Positions 47,480 through 58,556 are shown, numbered from the stretch's first letter. The stretch is 64,000 bases of DNA from an uncultured Gemmatimonadales bacterium (GCA_963795085.1 CAWCFX010000001.1:800001-864000); one strand, 5' to 3'. Notes: generated by a model from the letters alone, not told the origin. Made by a program: numbers and translations.

Positions 47480-49159
47480 TCAGGGCTGGCCCAGGACCTT
47501 TACCGGCACGCTGCTGTTGTTGAAGGTGCCGTTGCCCAGCTGGCCGAAGGCGTTGTTGCCCCAGCAGTAGAGCGTGGGCGTGGTCGTCGTGCCGCAGGTA
47601 AAGTTGGAGCCGCTGCTGATCACGGTGAAGGTCATGCCGCCGGACACCGGCACCGGGATCTTGCGGTTGGTGGTAGACCCGTCGCCCAGCTCGCCGCTGG
47701 AGTTTTCACCCCAGCAGTACGCGGTGCCGTTCGACGTGAGACCGCAGGTGTGGTTGCCCCGGGCCCGGATCGAGGCGAATACGATGCCGCCCTGCACCGC
47801 CACCGGCGAGGTCCGGTCGGTGAAGGTGTTGTCGCCCAGTTCCCCGTGGGTGTTCATGCCCCAGCAGTACGCGGCGCCGCCCGAGGTGCGGCCGCAGCTG
47901 TGGGCGCCGCCGGTGGTGATCTCGACGAAGCTGAGGCCGCCGGTGACCGCCACCGGGGTGGACCGGTCCACCAGGGTGCCGTCTCCCACCTCGCCCTTGG
48001 AGTTGCTGCCCCAGCACCAGGCCGCGCCGGAGGACTCCAGTCCGCAGGCGTGGGCGCCCCGGGCGCTCAGCGTGGTGAAGGTATGGCCGCCGATGACGGC
48101 GACCGGAATGGTCCGCTTGGTGGTGGTGCCGTCGCCGACCGAGCCCTGCACGTTGCCGCCCCAGCAGTAGGCCGCCCCGGTCGAGACCAGCCCGCAGGTG
48201 TTGTTGAACCCGCCGGTGAGGCTGCTGAAGATCACTCCGCCCAGCACCGGGGTGGGCTTGGTGGCGCCTGGCGAGGCGCCGAGGCCGGCCTGGCCCTCGG
48301 CGTTCCGGCCCCAGCAGTAGGCGGTGCCGTTGGCGGTGAGCCCGCAGGTGTGGGAGGCACCGGGAATGAGCGAGGTGAAGCTCACGCCGGTGGAGACCAG
48401 GGTCGGCACCGCGCTGCTGGCCGACTGGCTTCCGCTGCCCAGCTGGCCGTCGGTGTTGAGGCCCCAGCAGTAGGCCTCGCCGGTGGCGGTGAGCGAACAG
48501 GTGTGGGAATAGCCGCCGTCCGGTGCCGGGAAGGCGAGGCTCAGCCCCACGTTGATGTCACCCTCTCCCGACACGCCCTCCGAGGTGGCGGTGATCTTGG
48601 TCTGGCCGCTCGACTGGCCGGTCACCAGCCCGTTGCCATCCACGGTCGCGATCGCCGTATTCAGGCTGGACCAGGTGACCACCCGGCCCCGCAGGGTGTC
48701 GCCGGTGGCGCTGAGCAGCACGGCGGTGAGCTGGCCGGCGAGGCCGGCGCCGATGGTGGCGTTGGGCGGGGTGACGTGGACGCTGGCCACCGGCAGCAGG
48801 GCCACGGTCACGGTGGTGCTGGCGCTCTTGCCCTCGCTGGTGGCGGTGACCTGGGTGCTGCCCACGCCCACCGCGGTCACCAGGCCCCGGGTGGACACGG
48901 TGGCGGCGCCGCCGTTGGTGCTGGCGAAGGTGACGATCCGGCCGGAGAGCACGTTGCCGTCGGCGTCCTTGGTGACCCAGGTCAGCTGCTGGGTGGCCCC
49001 GGGGGCCAGGTCCATGGCCGGGGGGCTGAGCTCGATCGAGGCCACCGCCACCGTGTTGGGGCCGGACCCGCCGTCGCCGCCGCCGCAGGCGCCGGCCGAC
49101 AGGATGAGAGCGAGCGCGATAACGCGCGAAGGGGAGACGACTGAGCCATGCGCCGCCAT
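47480..49159 (-). CDS. Lipoprotein with two Ig-like (Big_2) domains and RCC1 beta-propeller repeats
   Basis: Lipobox AGAC; two 'V.S..V.P...ATV...GLVT' units; seven 'HTCG...AYCWG.N..G.LG' repeats. Confidence 0.92.
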   Translation of the reverse strand: MAAHGSVVSPSRVIALALILSAGACGGGDGGSGPNTVAVASIELSPPAMDLAPGATQQLTWVTKDADGNVLSGRIVTFASTNGGAATVSTRGLVTAVGVGSTQVTATSEGKSASTTVTVALLPVASVHVTPPNATIGAGLAGQLTAVLLSATGDTLRGRVVTWSSLNTAIATVDGNGLVTGQSSGQTKITATSEGVSGEGDINVGLSLAFPAPDGGYSHTCSLTATGEAYCWGLNTDGQLGSGSQSASSAVPTLVSTGVSFTSLIPGASHTCGLTANGTAYCWGRNAEGQAGLGASPGATKPTPVLGGVIFSSLTGGFNNTCGLVSTGAAYCWGGNVQGSVGDGTTTKRTIPVAVIGGHTFTTLSARGAHACGLESSGAAWCWGSNSKGEVGDGTLVDRSTPVAVTGGLSFVEITTGGAHSCGRTSGGAAYCWGMNTHGELGDNTFTDRTSPVAVQGGIVFASIRARGNHTCGLTSNGTAYCWGENSSGELGDGSTTNRKIPVPVSGGMTFTVISSGSNFTCGTTTTPTLYCWGNNAFGQLGNGTFNNSSVPVKVLGQP

Positions 49160-49319
49160 GGGTCGAGTTCCTGGTCTGGAGTTGGGCCGTTCGTGGTTCG
49201 GGTTCTGAGACTGCCCCGATGATAGGGGCCGGGGGGGAAATCTCCGGTGGCGGCTGTCACAGGCGGGATGTGACCGGACGTGCCCCGCGGGCGCAACAGG
49301 TGGATGGCACGTCGCCGGA

Positions 49320-50438
49320 CAGTCATTGCGAGGAGGCCGCAGGCCGACGAAGCAATCTGCTCACCAACTCACCCGAACCAGATTGCTTCGTCGCGCTACG
49401 CGCTCCTCGCAATGACTGGGTGGGGTCCAGGGGCCGAGGCAATCTGCTCACCTGATCTCGGACCATGGCAGTCATTGCGAGGAGGCCGCAGGCCGACGTG
49501 GCAATCGCCGTGAGGACAGACTAAAGTCTGCCCTCGGCCGTCCTGTCGCTGAAGCGACGCCGATCGTTGGTGGATGGCACGTCGCTGGACAGTCATTGCG
49601 AGGAGGCCGCAGGCCGACGTGGCAATCTGCTCACCAGGCCTCGTACCCAGGGCAGTCATTGCGAGGAGGCCGCAGGCCGACGTGGCAATCGCCGTGAGGA
49701 CAGACTAAAGTCTGCCCTCGGCCGTCCTGTCGCTGAAGCGACGCCGATCGCGGGTGGATGGCACGTCGCTGGACAGTCATTGCGAGGAGGCCGCAGGCCG
49801 ACGTGGCAATCGCCGTGAGGACAGACTAAAGTCTGCCCTCGGCCGTCCTGTCGCTGAAGCGACGCCGATCGTTGGTGGATGGCACGTCGCTGAACAGTCA
49901 TTGCGAGGAGGCCGCAGGCCGACGTGGCAATCGCCGTGAGCGGACAGACTAAAGTCTGCCCTCGGCCGTCCTGTCGCTGAAGCGACGCCGATCGTTGGTG
50001 GATGGCACGTCGCTGAACAGTCATTGCGAGGAGGCCGCAGGCCGACGTGGCAATCTGCTCACCAGGCCTCGGACACAAGGTAGTCATTGCGAGGAGGCCG
50101 CAGGCCGACGTGGCAATCTGCTCACCTTGGCCTGAAGCCGGCTTCCTGCCCACCCGAACCAGATTGCTTCGTCGCGCGACGCGCTCCTCGCAATGACTGG
50201 GTTGGGTCCCGGGGCCGAGGCCATCAGCTCACCTATCTCGGGACACAGGCAGTCATTGCGAGGAGGCCGCAGGCCGACGTGGCAATCTGCTCACCAGGCC
50301 TCGGACACAGGGTAGTCATTGCGAGGCGGCCGCAGGCCGACGAGGCAATCTGCTCACCAACTCACCCGAACCAGATTGCTTCGTCGCGCTCCGCGCTCCT
50401 CGCAATGACTGGGTGGGGTCCCGGGGCCGAGGCAATCT
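49320..50438. repeat. REP/BIME-like mosaic array of 36-bp palindromic elements
   Basis: GTCATTGCGAGGAGGCCGCAGGCCGACGTGGCAATC at 49322, 49471, 49592, 49655, 49776, 49897, 50020, 50083, 50252, 50315; inverted variants at 49381, 50162, 50374; recurring linkers. Confidence 0.92.
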
Positions 50439-50503
50439 GCCGGACGGGGCCGGCTCGGTCACCGGTGGTTACTCCTGCACTTCACTCCTGCACCGGGATA
50501 TTT

Positions 50504-50540
50504 CTGCTGCACCAGCATGACCGTCATGCTGGTGCAGCAG
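50504..50540. repeat. Perfect 37-bp palindrome
   Basis: CTGCTGCACCAGCATGAC-C-GTCATGCTGGTGCAGCAG. Confidence 0.9.
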
Positions 50541-50778
50541 TACGGTACCGGTGGTGCAGCGGTACGGTTACGCTGGCACTACGGTATAGTGAGGGCCAGA
50601 ATCGGGACCGGCAGCCGGCCGGTCCATCTCCACACCTTGCCAGTCCCCTCCTGCACCCGGGCTGCTCCGCCCTGGCATGGTGAAACGCCACGGTAGTGTG
50701 ACAGCCGGGATCGGATGGTTACGGGGCACCTTGTGGTTGCGAGCGGAGGTATCCGGCCCGGCACCATCCTGGGCACTG

Positions 50779-50848
50779 ATCGGCAATCGGCAGTTGGCAA
50801 TCGGCAATGGCGTAGTTGGCAGGTGGCAGTCGGCAGTCTGCAGTCGGA
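50779..50848 (+). repeat. Degenerate 7-bp tandem repeat (TCGGCAR)
   Basis: tcggcaa tcggcag ttggcaa tcggcaa ... tcggcag tctgcag. Confidence 0.7.
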
Positions 50849-51010
50849 AATTGAACCGGCTCGCCCTCGGGCCCATATCCTCCTAGCGCAACGCAGGCCC
50901 CGCGATAGATTGTTCCACCCCCACCCCAGATTCAGACGGGAATGCGATCAGCCGGCCGAAGACGCTTCGTCCCCGTGCGGCAGGGATGACGGGCGGGGAG
51001 TTCCAGCGAA

Positions 51011-52012
51011 GTGATACCACCTCCTCCATCGAGCCCCATGGGCAGCATCGACGCAGCCGGTTCCACCGGCCCCGGGGTCATCGCGGCCTCCGAGACCATG
51101 CAGGCCGTGCTGCGGCAGTGCCGTCACATTGCCGTCACCCGGTATCCGGTCGCGCTGATCGGGCCGACGGGGGTGGGTAAGGGGCTACTGGCCCAGGCAA
51201 TGCACGCCATGAGCGGCTCGGCGCGGGGCCCCTTCCATATAGTGGGGGGCGGGGAGCTGACGCCTTCCCTGCTCCAGAGCGAGCTGTATGGCCACGAAGA
51301 AGGCGCCTTTACCGGGGCCAAGGGTAGGCGGCGCGGGCACTTCGAGCTGGCGGCCGGGGGCACCATCTTTCTCGATGAGATGCACCTGTGGAAACCCCGG
51401 GTCCAGGCGGCCATGCTCCGCGCCCTGGGAGAACGGGCCGTGATCCCGCTCGGGGCCGCCCGTTCCCTCCCCCTCACCTGCCGGTTCATCTTCGCCGCCA
51501 ACCAGCCGCTCGACGACCTGGTCAACGCCGGGATCCTGGTGAAGGATCTTCGTCACCGGATCGGCGAGTTCGAGATCCGGGTTCCGGGGCTGGCCGAGCG
51601 GCCGGGCGATATCATGCCGCTGGCCTATGCCCACCTCGCGCGGGTTGCGTCGGAGAATGGCTATTCCCCCGGTCTCCGGCTGGAGCCGCAGGTGGCGTGG
51701 CAGCTGATCTGGTACGCATGGCCGGGGAATGTCCGGGAGCTGCACAACGTGATCACCCACGCGGCCGTCAGCAGCGGAGGCGAGCCGGTGATACGGTTGC
51801 ATCACCTGCCGGCCAGGCTGCAGAGACCGCTGGTCCAGTTCGATGCGCTGGACAAGTCGGTGCGTCGGGAGATGGTGGGGTGGGCCTACCGGTTTGCCCA
51901 TGGCAGCCGGTTGGCGGCGGCTGACCTGGTGGGAGTGCATCCCCATACGATTGATTACCACGTCCGGCGGCATGGAGCCGGAGCCAGGGTTCCTGGAGCG
52001 GATGCCTGCTGA
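51011..52012 (+). CDS. Sigma54-dependent enhancer-binding protein lacking an N-terminal sensor domain
   Basis: Walker A GPTGVGK, 'SELYGHEEGAFTGA', 'GGTIFLDEM', 'WPGNVREL', C-terminal Fis-like HTH; start uncertain. Confidence 0.9.
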   Translation: MIPPPPSSPMGSIDAAGSTGPGVIAASETMQAVLRQCRHIAVTRYPVALIGPTGVGKGLLAQAMHAMSGSARGPFHIVGGGELTPSLLQSELYGHEEGAFTGAKGRRRGHFELAAGGTIFLDEMHLWKPRVQAAMLRALGERAVIPLGAARSLPLTCRFIFAANQPLDDLVNAGILVKDLRHRIGEFEIRVPGLAERPGDIMPLAYAHLARVASENGYSPGLRLEPQVAWQLIWYAWPGNVRELHNVITHAAVSSGGEPVIRLHHLPARLQRPLVQFDALDKSVRREMVGWAYRFAHGSRLAAADLVGVHPHTIDYHVRRHGAGARVPGADAC

Positions 52013-52186
52013 CTTGCGTCACAAAGCCCGCTCCCTGGCCCCTTCACCAACCTCCACGCTGCCAACCACTTGCCCCGCTGCCAATCCGGCATTGTGATGG
52101 CAGGGCGACTCCTCTCCGCTGGCGAATCCGAGATACGAGGATCGGACGCAACAGGTTAGCGCTCCGTGGCGGGACCGCGCCCAATC

Positions 52187-52202
52187 CGGCATGTCCCCTG
52201 CT
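52187..52202 (+). promoter_or_regulatory. Candidate sigma54 (-24/-12) promoter of rhs
   Basis: CGGCATG-TCCC-CTGCT (GG-N10-GC), 37 nt before ATG 52238. Confidence 0.55.
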
Positions 52203-52237
52203 TTTCCCCGGCCATCTCCTCCCATCCAGGATTGGCC

Positions 52238-55200
52238 ATGTTCCCTTCCCGCCGCTGGTTCGCGCTGGCCCTGCTGCCGCTCATGTTCTTTCTGCTCCCG
52301 TCGGAACCGGACGTGGAGGAGGAAACTGAAGAGGTGCCGGGCGGAGTGGAGGTAACCCCGGACGCGGGCGGGCCCATCTGACCCTGAGGCAAATACAAGC
52401 GGGCTGGCAGCCGGGTTCTGGGTGAAGAACACCCGAACAGTCACAACCACGTACACTCTGGCCTGCGGAACCGGCGGCGCAGCCACGTCCTGCGAAGTCG
52501 AGCCTACACAGGTAACGTTGGGCTATAATGAACTCACCGACATCAGTGTTACCTACGCAACCGGGGCGGCGGGGTCAGGTTCTCTGGTTCTGCGTGCGAC
52601 CGGAGCAGCGTCGGATACCGGGTACTATAACGTTGTATCCCTGGGGCAAGGATATCCCGGCGTGGTGCTGAAGAATCACAACGACACCAACCGGGACCGA
52701 TCGGGGTGCCTAATCGCAGGAGCGGGAGAAGGTGCGTGGCAATGTGGCGACCTGCTGGTGAGCCACAGCCTGCCGGGCTACACGACCATGGGCCGGGAGC
52801 GATCCTTGACCATGGTCTATACCTCAGCACAGGCAGTTCCCAAGCCCCTGGTTGCGGCCAGTGTCACCAACGGCGATATCTCCCTGCCGGTCAACGTATA
52901 TGCCGAGCTTCGTGTGGGGACAACCGGCGGCACACAGACGGTTCGTGCTACAGGGACGTTCACGGGCTGGAACTTCGATCCGAGCCCTCGGCAGATCGCC
53001 CTTACTTATGACGCCAGCGCCGACCCAACGGGTGCCTATCCGTTCACGCTGGTGATTCAGAATCAGTATCCGGGGACCTACAGTACGACCCGCACCGGCA
53101 CCTTGCTGGTCATCAATCGAAGCCAGAGCGAGTTCGGCGCCGGCTGGGCTCTCGCGGGGGTCGAGCGGCTCCACTTCGGGCAGCCGGTTGGCACCAGCAA
53201 CGGAGACATTTTGTGGGTCGGGGGAGACGGCTCGGCAAAGCTGTATGCCAAGCTAAACGCCACCACATGGGTAGCTCCGCTCGGCGCGTACCGCGATACC
53301 ATTGCCTACAACGCCGGCACCACCGAGTACACCCGGACGCTGCGGCACAAGATCCAGGTGGTTTACGACGCGATGGGGCGCCATGTCCGGACCATCAACC
53401 GCATGGAGCAGCCCACATACTTCTACTGGAACACCTCGACGGGGAAGCTCGACAGCGTCGTCGTTCCGCCGACCGGGCAGACGGGGACGCGCTATGCGCT
53501 CACGTATGACGGGAATGGGAACATTGACAGTATTGCCGATCCCGGCGGGCGAGCGCTCAATGTCACGGTAACGAGTGGCAATACGCTGGCGATCCGGGAT
53601 CCCGACCTGGTCACCACAACATTTACCTACGCGGGGACCTCCGGCAGAATGCTCACCAGGACCAACCGGCGCGGCTACCGAACCCGGTTCGAGTACGCCA
53701 ACAATCTGCGACTCACCAAGGTCCATGTTCCGGGTGGCGTTACTGGCGCGGATACCTCGGTCACGGAATTCAAGCCCTGGGATGAGAAGGGGCTGCCTGG
53801 CCAAGCTGCGGTCCAGGATTCTGCAGTGTACACCAAGATCTTCGGGCCGCGACTCAACGTGGCGGACGATGCCCGGTTCTGGGTGGATAAGTGGGGGGCG
53901 CCCACGAAGATCGTCAATGCGATCGGGGCCACTACACTTCTGGTGCGAGGTGATACCACGGTCCCCCAGCTGGTGACGAAAGTCACCTTCCCAAATGGGC
54001 GTATAGGGATCATGACCTATGACGCGCGCGGGAACCTGCTCGAGGGTCGGGACAGTACCTGGCACCTCGGCGCCACTGCCCGGGACTCTACACGACTCAC
54101 GACGTATCAGTACCTGGACGGGAACGCGCCAGATTCTCCGAGCCGGGTGGGTGACAGCTACAATCGGTATTCATACTACTGGTACAATAGCCTGGGACTT
54201 ACTGATTCCGTGAAGGACACCCGTAATCTCGTAACCGTTTTCGCTTACACGGGATCCGGTGCATTCCAGGGCCTGCTGAACAGCGTCACAGAGAAGGGCG
54301 TTACCGTGTGGCAGGAGAGCACCAGCGATACCATCGTTACCGACCTTGTCAATTCATTCACTTACCATCCGTTGGGAAATATCAAGACCGCCACCAGTCC
54401 CTCAGGCAATGTGACAGCATACGTGACCGACGGCTATGGCCGTACCGCCGAGATCTATGACCCCCTGGGAGGGAAGTCAAACTACGTGTATGACGCGTTG
54501 AACCGGACAGTGCGCAGCTATCAGCACACGCCGGTCCGCACGCCGCCCTTCACCGTGACCCAGAGTTGCCAGGCAAACCAACTGTTGTGCGCCGATTCGA
54601 CCTGGCCGTTCTCTCCGGCCCTTCCGGACTCTTTGGGCTCGATCTATAAGCTGGGGGCCATGACTCTGGATACCGTAATCGATCCCCGCAACGTCAAGCG
54701 GGCATTCGGCTACGATGCCCAGGGTCGGCAGCGGATCGAGCAGGATGAATTCGGATACCAGAAGATCGCGTTCTACGACCGTGCGGGGCTTCTCGATTCC
54801 ATTCTGACGCGGGACAGCATCAAGGTCCGGTTCAAGTACGACACCATTGGCCGCCGTACCTTCATGAGCTTCCCCCAGCGTGCCAGCCCCTTCACGAGCA
54901 GCGGAGACCAGACCGTCGTCCTGGGAGATACGGTCAGATATACCTATGACATCATGGGGAATGTCCTGACCGCCCAGAACCGCTGGAACAATGCGGCCCC
55001 GATTACCCGTACGTATTATGCGACAGGAGCTCTCAAGACTCAGCGCACCTCCTACGATTCACTCTACTTCGAATACGACCGCAACGGCCAACGCCGGCGG
55101 ATGATCATGAACTGGGGGAAGGATACGGTGGACTACAGTTACGGGACCACCGGGGACCTCCAGACCATTACCGCCCGGCTCGACACGATGACCACGGCCA

Positions 55201-56840
55201 GCACCACCCGGGTCTTCACCTTTTCCTGGGACAAACTGGGCCGGAGGACGAAGGTCGTTTACCCCGGCAGTATTGTGGTGACCCTGGCCTATGACAAGAA
55301 CGGCTCCCTGAGGCAAGTGAAGTCGGTAAACCCGGCAACGTCGCCCGCTACCGATAATCTGGACTTCGTCTGGCGGAACCGGGATGTTGATCCGGTGGGT
55401 CGCGTACTGCGGCAATCGGTGGTCTGTACCCAGTACAATCCCGATGCGGCGGTCGAAGCCCCGTGCGGCGACGGCACAACCTGGACGATCAACCGGTACA
55501 ACCGCCTCGGCATGCTGGTCTGGCAGTGGGCGGACAGCACGAGTGCCACACCGGCGGATTCCTTCGCCTATGATGCATCAGGCAACCGTCTCTTTCGGAA
55601 GGAGGGGTCCACCGGGGCCAGGACATGGTTCACCATGGTGGCGAACAGCAACCGGCTGGCCTACGACTCGACGGGTTCTACTCAACGGGTGGTGACCCAG
55701 TATCACAACAAGGAGGGGGCCCGGATCCTGGAGTGGCCCTCCGACAACACCCAGGCTGCGGTGGCCTTCTACAAGGGGTACTACTATGACGGGTTGGGCC
55801 GGATGAGCGGCTCGTTCTACGCCACCTGGAGCGGTTCCGACTTCTTCGAGCACTGGTCCGGCAACGACTGCACCTACGATGCCGACGGCCAGCTGGTGCT
55901 TCCCTGCGACAATGGATCGCCCCTGCTCTACTTTGACGGCAATAACGTGGTGGGCAACAGCCACGACTGGCGGTTCATCCAGGGCCCGGGTGTGGACGAT
56001 GTGTTGATGGCGGTCAAGCGGGACCCCGCCGGTGCATATTCCGGCTATTTCCGGCGTCTCCTGTTCATGGTAACTGATGGGACCGGCCGCCGCTACGCGG
56101 TTGGCGCTGCCGATGGGAGTCTGTCGACCGATGATGTCCAGACTTCAGGCTTGGGGGCTTGGCGCTTTAGCGGGGCGGTAACCAAGTCAAACACTTTCGG
56201 GGCTGCCCGGATGGAGAATGCGGACCTCCCGACGGTTTCCTATTTCCGGAACCGGTCGTACGACTCGCGCACCGGCCGCTGGATGCAGGAGGACCCCATA
56301 GGGCTGGCGGGGGGGATGAATTTGTATCAGTTTAATGGGAATAATCCGGTAGCCTACACCGATCCCTTCGGTCTGTGTCCTCCAAAGATGGATCCCAATA
56401 GTGCGAAGTGCTATGCATGGAACCAGCAACAGGTACATGAGGCCGAGAATATAATCGCGCATCAGAAAGCTCTTAAGAATCAACATGCTCTTGGCCGGGG
56501 CAGTATTGAGCCTATCGGAATTAATGCCTCTGAAATGGCTGACAGATGTCCAGCAGCCGATCCCAGGGCCGGTTGCACCGTGTTAAATAAAAATACAGGG
56601 ATAAGCTATCATCTGATAAACGCTGATCGTCACCCGGAGGCAATCAGTGGCATTCTAGTGCATGAGCGGCAGCACGAGCGCACAGGAGCTCTGAATGAAC
56701 CGTGTGCAGTTGCACGAGAAGCCAGCTACATGTACACAATGGCCCGGAAGGATCCAGCGGCTTTCAGGAACTACACTGGTTCACCCCAAAGTCGACAGCC
56801 AGCAACGCACACACAGAAAGTGAAAGGATGCGGCTTCTAA
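52238..56840 (+). CDS. Rhs/YD-repeat polymorphic toxin; signal-peptide segment joined across a frameshift at about 52356-52379
   Basis: YD repeats; core end 'YFRNRSYDSRTGRWMQEDPIGLAGGMNLYQFNGNNPVAYTDPFGL'; lower-GC C-terminus with HERQH. The upstream 47-aa ORF carries a Sec-like signal, and the main frame is open from 52356. Confidence 0.9.
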
Positions 56841-56860
56841 GGTGGTAATAGACCATAACA

Positions 56861-57526
56861 ATGCCACTGCTGGCCATTAGGAGGATGGAAATGCAATTCC
56901 AGAATGCCTTACGCGCGACTCTTGTGATGCAGCTGATATCCCTCGGAGCAACAAAGGCGCAGGAGCCAAGTGAGATCCAGTTACACGCGCTCACGGCTCA
57001 GCTCAGGGTCCACAATACTTGCATCGGCTCACCGAGCGTACACGATTCCACTATTGAGTTCTTTCCTAGTGTCCGATTCCTCGTTGGGACCTGTGTTGGC
57101 CAACACGGCAACATGTACAGTGTTCTCCTGGGAGAAGATGCAACAGCACTTTACCTGTTGGATTCTCCAAGTGGCTTCAGTTTTCTCATCAAAAGGCATA
57201 CTCCAATTGGTCTCGACAACAGCACTGTCGTGACTTATGCCCGCCTTGCGCTCACTATGCAGGGCGTCATGTCGGCCCGTGGACGGGTTGTACAGTCAGC
57301 CAGAGACTTGCCGGATTCCATAAGGTCAAGTCTGGTTCAGCGAGGGTTCCGGATATCGCCAAGTCATATTGTAGAGTTGGCACCCGGTCTCCTCAATGTC
57401 GGCCTGACCGTGGCCAATGACAATACAGTGGCGACTTTCTCGGTAGCGGTGAGCCTTCCCTCTGGGGAGGCGTGGGTGACAGAAAGATGGCGATCTACTT
57501 TCTGGCTCCCCGAGAAGTCACACTGA
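56861..57526 (+). CDS. Candidate immunity protein (possibly exported)
   Basis: 20 bp after the rhs stop, same reduced GC as the toxin tip, weak signal-peptide-like N-terminus. Confidence 0.6.
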   Translation: MPLLAIRRMEMQFQNALRATLVMQLISLGATKAQEPSEIQLHALTAQLRVHNTCIGSPSVHDSTIEFFPSVRFLVGTCVGQHGNMYSVLLGEDATALYLLDSPSGFSFLIKRHTPIGLDNSTVVTYARLALTMQGVMSARGRVVQSARDLPDSIRSSLVQRGFRISPSHIVELAPGLLNVGLTVANDNTVATFSVAVSLPSGEAWVTERWRSTFWLPEKSH

Positions 57527-57929
57527 CCAGCCTTTCGTGGCGCTTGTGGGACATGGGCGAATTACCCGCCCCCAGACATACTTACTATAACGTCCGAGGT
57601 CGCGGCGAACTTAGAAGCTCTGAAGGATCTCAGATCAATAGGAGCAGCAACAGAGTTGGCGATGTCTGTCATGAATGCCACCGGATCTCGCAAGGACTCC
57701 CTTAGAAGAAACGGAGAGGCCCGCGGGATTGTGAGAGTCCGGGCAGGTCGGCGAAGAGGGGCGGCGGCTCGGTTCCTGGCGGACCGGGAACACGCCGACG
57801 GCCTACACGTTGAGCGCGGTGTTCTCGACAAAGGGCCTGCGGGTCCCGCGGGTCCAAGGTCCATACCGCCGAGGGGCCGAGCGGCTGCAACAATGTGGTG
57901 GACGCGCTTCTATATGGCGCCACGACAAC

Positions 57930-58100
57930 TTAGCTGGCTGGTTCCGTGGACGGTGAGTCAAGCTGCAGTTACGGTCCGGTTAAGACCCAGGATCCGGCGG
58001 TTACCGAGCGCCGAGTGCCGGCGCATGGGATTGTAAGACCGCTGGTTGTAGTCAAAGACGTCGGCTCGGACCACAGTGCGGTCAGAATGGCGTTTACCAT
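57930..58100 (-). mobile_element. Degenerate IS3-family transposase 3' remnant
   Basis: 'RADVFDYNQRSYNPMRRHSALGN' resembles the IS3 OrfB C-terminus (FDYIE.FYN..RRHS.LGY); CCGTCCACGGAACC resembles part of a terminal repeat. Confidence 0.55.
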
Positions 58101-58506
58101 TGGTCCACCCCGTCGTGAGGATCGAGAAGCCCTGCAGCCGCGGACGGAGTAATGGAACAGCGCCTCGGCCGGTCCCCGGCGTGTATCTCCACTGACCAGA
58201 ACTCTCGGTGTCGCGATGAGCCAAACCTTTCGTCGGCTCCTTTGCGCAGCAGGCTGAGGCTTTTCTTGGATGTTCCATGATCCCTGGCACAACTTGGGTT
58301 GCCCGGGGCGACTTGATACCCGGAATTGATCGGCGGATCATCACAAACACTCCTTCCCCCACCTCCCGCTAACCCCCACCACCTCAACCACTTCTACCCC
58401 TGCCATTTCGGCTTTGTGACGCACCCGGACCTACCCGCCTTCCGAATCACCACCTAACCCACCATCTCATACCGCTTTAACCGCCACCGCCGAATCCCGC
58501 CTCCCG

Positions 58507-58522
58507 GGGCACGGCCCCTGCC
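58507..58522 (+). promoter_or_regulatory. Candidate sigma54 promoter of the gsp operon
   Basis: GGGCACG-GCCC-CTGCC (GG-N10-GC), 36 nt before the gspE ATG; AAGGA RBS follows. Confidence 0.5.
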
Positions 58523-58556
58523 ATACCCTGCCGCGGCCACCACAAGGATCTCCCCC

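Noticed and set aside
49320..50438. CRISPR array (36-bp repeats)
   Set aside because: Linkers are themselves repeated, vary from about 27 bp to over 100 bp, include inverted copies, and no cas genes are in the window.
52376..52390. Stop-codon readthrough or selenocysteine at the TGA codons before rhs
   Set aside because: The rhs body is in a different frame; a frameshift, not readthrough, joins them.
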